A stretch of DNA of 64,000 nucleotides, taken from positions 32,001 through 96,000 of the forward strand of contig CBDAQI010000012.1 in assembly GCA_965198945.1 (NCBI GenBank). The letters are read 5' to 3'. This DNA is from Thermodesulfobacteriota bacterium (lineage in GTDB: Bacteria; Desulfobacterota_D; UBA1144; Nemesobacterales; Mycalebacteriaceae). Below the pieces are notes generated by a model. The model searched no databases, was not told the origin of the DNA, and was given only the letters and a program-made list of their open reading frames with translations. Each line of letters opens with the position of its first letter. The stretch's first letter is position 1. Positions 61,581 through 64,000 of the stretch are shown piece by piece. A program made the translations under genes and the position numbers.

Positions 61581-62705
61581 TTATAGACCAACCTTCTCAA
61601 AAATTCTCTGGGATCTTTCCGCCATTTTTTCAATGTTGAAATTTTCCGCGTGTTTTTTTGCGGCCCCGCCCATTTTTTTTGCCGTCACTTTATCCTCAAT
61701 AAGTCTCAATATCGCCCCTGCCATTGCCTTTGGAGAATTCACCGGAACTAAAAGACCGCTTGCGCCGTCTTGAATAATTTCATCCGCTCCGAATGGGTGG
61801 TTTGTTGACACAATCGGCATTCCAAGCACGGCGGCTTCAATCAGCGAGTTTGAAAACCCCTCCTGTTCGGACGGGCAGACGAACACATCGCACTTCGCGG
61901 TAAATCTGTGCGGATTTTTTTCCCGTGACAGAAAATCTATTTTGTCAGAGATTCCGATTTCCCGCGCATGAGCCATGAGCTCTTTTTTGGATTTCCCGTC
62001 TCCCAGAACCAGAAGACGCACGGATTTTTTCTCGTTCACTATTTTCAGCGCTTCAATCAAATCTCCAACCCCTTTGTGAGGCGCAAGGCGGCAGACTGAT
62101 ATTATCAGCGGCGTTTCCGCTCCAAACCATTTGTGCTCGGCATTTTCACTTGATTTGCTCTCTATTCCTTTTGTGTCTATGCAGTTATAAGCGATTTCGG
62201 GAGTCTTTTTCAGTTTATACATATCCCGAATTTCATCGGCGAGACCTTTTGAATTCGCGGTTATCAAATCCGCATGGCTTACGGCAAGACGGTGCGCAAG
62301 AAACAGAAGCGGATTTGTTTTTTTCAAAAACATTGCTCCGTTTCCCTCACTCCAGACAGTTCTTATTCCAAAAAATTTCCCGATTATAACATTCGGGATT
62401 TTCGTCCAATGCCTTGAGTAGAGAATGTCCGGTTTTTCTTTTGACACCGAACGTGCAAGGGCGAAAATTCCCCAGATAACCGACAGGAAACGGAACTTTT
62501 TAATAAACGAAGGGTGGCATGGGCTTGCAACTTTGACTGCAGAGTGGATTTCATTGTCAATTTCTCCGCGTTCAAGCGTGAAAATTAAGCACTTTACACC
62601 TCTTCTGGAAAGACCGTTTGCGATTGCAACCGTCTGTTTTTGGGCGCCGCCGAGGCTGAGGTTGGGCAGGGAAAGAAAAACTGAAAAATTTTTTCTGTCA
62701 CTCAT
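61581..62705 (-). CDS. Glycosyltransferase family 4
   Basis: GGAQKQ, RLAPHKG, EGFSNSLIEA (EX7E motif), GLLVP. Confidence 0.93.
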   Translation of the reverse strand: MSDRKNFSVFLSLPNLSLGGAQKQTVAIANGLSRRGVKCLIFTLERGEIDNEIHSAVKVASPCHPSFIKKFRFLSVIWGIFALARSVSKEKPDILYSRHWTKIPNVIIGKFFGIRTVWSEGNGAMFLKKTNPLLFLAHRLAVSHADLITANSKGLADEIRDMYKLKKTPEIAYNCIDTKGIESKSSENAEHKWFGAETPLIISVCRLAPHKGVGDLIEALKIVNEKKSVRLLVLGDGKSKKELMAHAREIGISDKIDFLSREKNPHRFTAKCDVFVCPSEQEGFSNSLIEAAVLGMPIVSTNHPFGADEIIQDGASGLLVPVNSPKAMAGAILRLIEDKVTAKKMGGAAKKHAENFNIEKMAERSQRIFEKVGL

Positions 62706-62777
62706 AACTCTTACGGGTCAGAATACTTTTGCGGAAGCGTATTCTTATCAGTCTCAACGGGCAAGCGCTTTGTCCGC

Positions 62778-63986
62778 TCACTCATGTCTCAACGCTTCCA
62801 CAGGATTCATTATTGACGCTTTTCTTGCGGGATAAATTCCGAAGAAAACACCCACAAGGGCGGAAAAACCGCAAGCGACCAAAACCGCTGAAAACGATAT
62901 TTCAGCGGGCCAGCCCGTGAACAGAGAGGCGGTTTTTGAGATTGCGGCTCCAAGTATTATTCCCGCAATTCCCCCGACGAGTGAAAGCGTGAGAGATTCA
63001 ACGAGAAATTGCCTCATTATGTCTTTCCGCCTTGCTCCGACAGCCATTCTTATTCCTATCTCCTTTGTCCTTTCGCTGACCGAAACCAGCATTATATTCA
63101 TAATTCCCACACCTCCCACTATAAGAGATATTGACGCGATACTAATAAGCAGAATTTTCAAAATCTGTGTTATTTCGGCTATTCGTTCAAGATTCTGCGA
63201 GTTGTTCCTGATGGCAAAATCATCTTTGTCTTCAGTTCCTATTTTATGATTCTTTCTCAAAACAATGTTAATCTCCGCAATCGCCTCCATTATCCTGTCC
63301 GCGCTTCTGACCGCAAGAGAGATTTTTTCAATGTTTTTTTCCGAAAGCACTCTTTTTTGCAAGGTTGAATAGGGCATCAGAATTATATCGTCCTGGTCTA
63401 TTCCGTTCGGTTTTACTCCGAGTTTCTGCATAGTTCCCACAACCTCACAGGTAAGATTGTCTATTCTTATTTTTCCACCCATCGCAGATAACGTTCCAAA
63501 CAGTTTTTTCTCAACGGTTTTACCCACCACACAGACCGGACGCGAATTTTCCGTATCATCGGAACTGAAAAAAGTTCCGCTTACGGGGAACCAATCATTG
63601 ATAAAAGTAAAATCCCGCGAAACTCCGACAATTTTTGTGTCCCACTGGTTTTTACCGTAAACGACCGTTTTCTGCGTTCCGATGATTTCAGAAACAAATT
63701 CAACACTCGGCAGCCTCCTTATTGAATCCGCGTCCCGAACGGTAAGGGGTTTGCCGCCCGAAAACCTGAACGGATTCCCGCTCGGACGCACCGTGCTTAT
63801 AAGCATTGATTTCCCGCCCAGGCGCTCAAATTGCTCGCCTATCATCCTGCTCGCCCCTTGAGTTGTGGACACAAGCGACACCACAGCGGCGACTCCGATT
63901 ATCACTCCGAGAGAGGTGAGCAACGAGCGGGCTTTGTTTGACATAATTGCCCTGTAGGCGATTGTTAAAGATCTGAAAGGCGGCAT
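62778..63986 (-). CDS. MacB/FtsX-family ABC transporter permease
   Basis: RSLLTSLGVIIGV, GGVGIMNIMLVSVSERTKEIGIRMAVGA, FFGIYPA, PVEALRHE. Confidence 0.94.
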   Translation of the reverse strand: MPPFRSLTIAYRAIMSNKARSLLTSLGVIIGVAAVVSLVSTTQGASRMIGEQFERLGGKSMLISTVRPSGNPFRFSGGKPLTVRDADSIRRLPSVEFVSEIIGTQKTVVYGKNQWDTKIVGVSRDFTFINDWFPVSGTFFSSDDTENSRPVCVVGKTVEKKLFGTLSAMGGKIRIDNLTCEVVGTMQKLGVKPNGIDQDDIILMPYSTLQKRVLSEKNIEKISLAVRSADRIMEAIAEINIVLRKNHKIGTEDKDDFAIRNNSQNLERIAEITQILKILLISIASISLIVGGVGIMNIMLVSVSERTKEIGIRMAVGARRKDIMRQFLVESLTLSLVGGIAGIILGAAISKTASLFTGWPAEISFSAVLVACGFSALVGVFFGIYPARKASIMNPVEALRHE

Positions 63987-64000
63987 GGCTTTTGCCTGAT

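Noticed and set aside
1..64000. CRISPR arrays, tRNA/rRNA genes, IS elements, prophage
   Set aside because: No regularly spaced repeats, RNA-gene signatures, transposase or phage motifs were seen by eye; a tRNAscan or Infernal run would be needed to exclude them fully.

Overview
Core-genome segment of a diderm bacterium of roughly 48-50% GC (judged by eye). The xerC-hslVU-argBDF order, the cobA-hemD fusion and the Cys-type CcmE suggest a deltaproteobacteria-like lineage (Desulfobacterota or Dadabacteria-like); this is inference only. Housekeeping blocks are cinA-pgpA-ogt, parAB-purSQ, xerC-hslVU-argBDF, dapB-yajC-secDF-pheS-dcd, yicC, sucD, an ABC exporter pair, tkt-pgi-rpiA, folM-folX-pepF-ccmDEF, cobA/hemD, uvrB, and rimP-nusA-infB-rbfA-DHH-truB-rpsO-pnp-miaA. 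A small glycan-modification cluster and a MacB-type permease close the window. I found no rRNA, tRNA, CRISPR array, transposase or phage gene. The best candidate for an undescribed system is a two-gene cassette at 33.2-35.6 kb: a 4-TM protein with long helical arms plus an exported VWA-like protein with a degenerate MIDAS motif. Other notable items are a tusA-cysteine synthase-JAB cluster, a lipoprotein S8 protease with a barrel-like C-terminus, an ABC NBD lacking about 40 aa of its helical subdomain, a CxxxY CcmE co-occurring with CcmH, a His-rich Spy/CpxP protein coupled to uvrB, and a probable ATA start for miaA. Frameshifts are dense at 6.7-11.0 kb and also hit pgpA and the 3' end of uvrB; they are more likely consensus errors than real decay.
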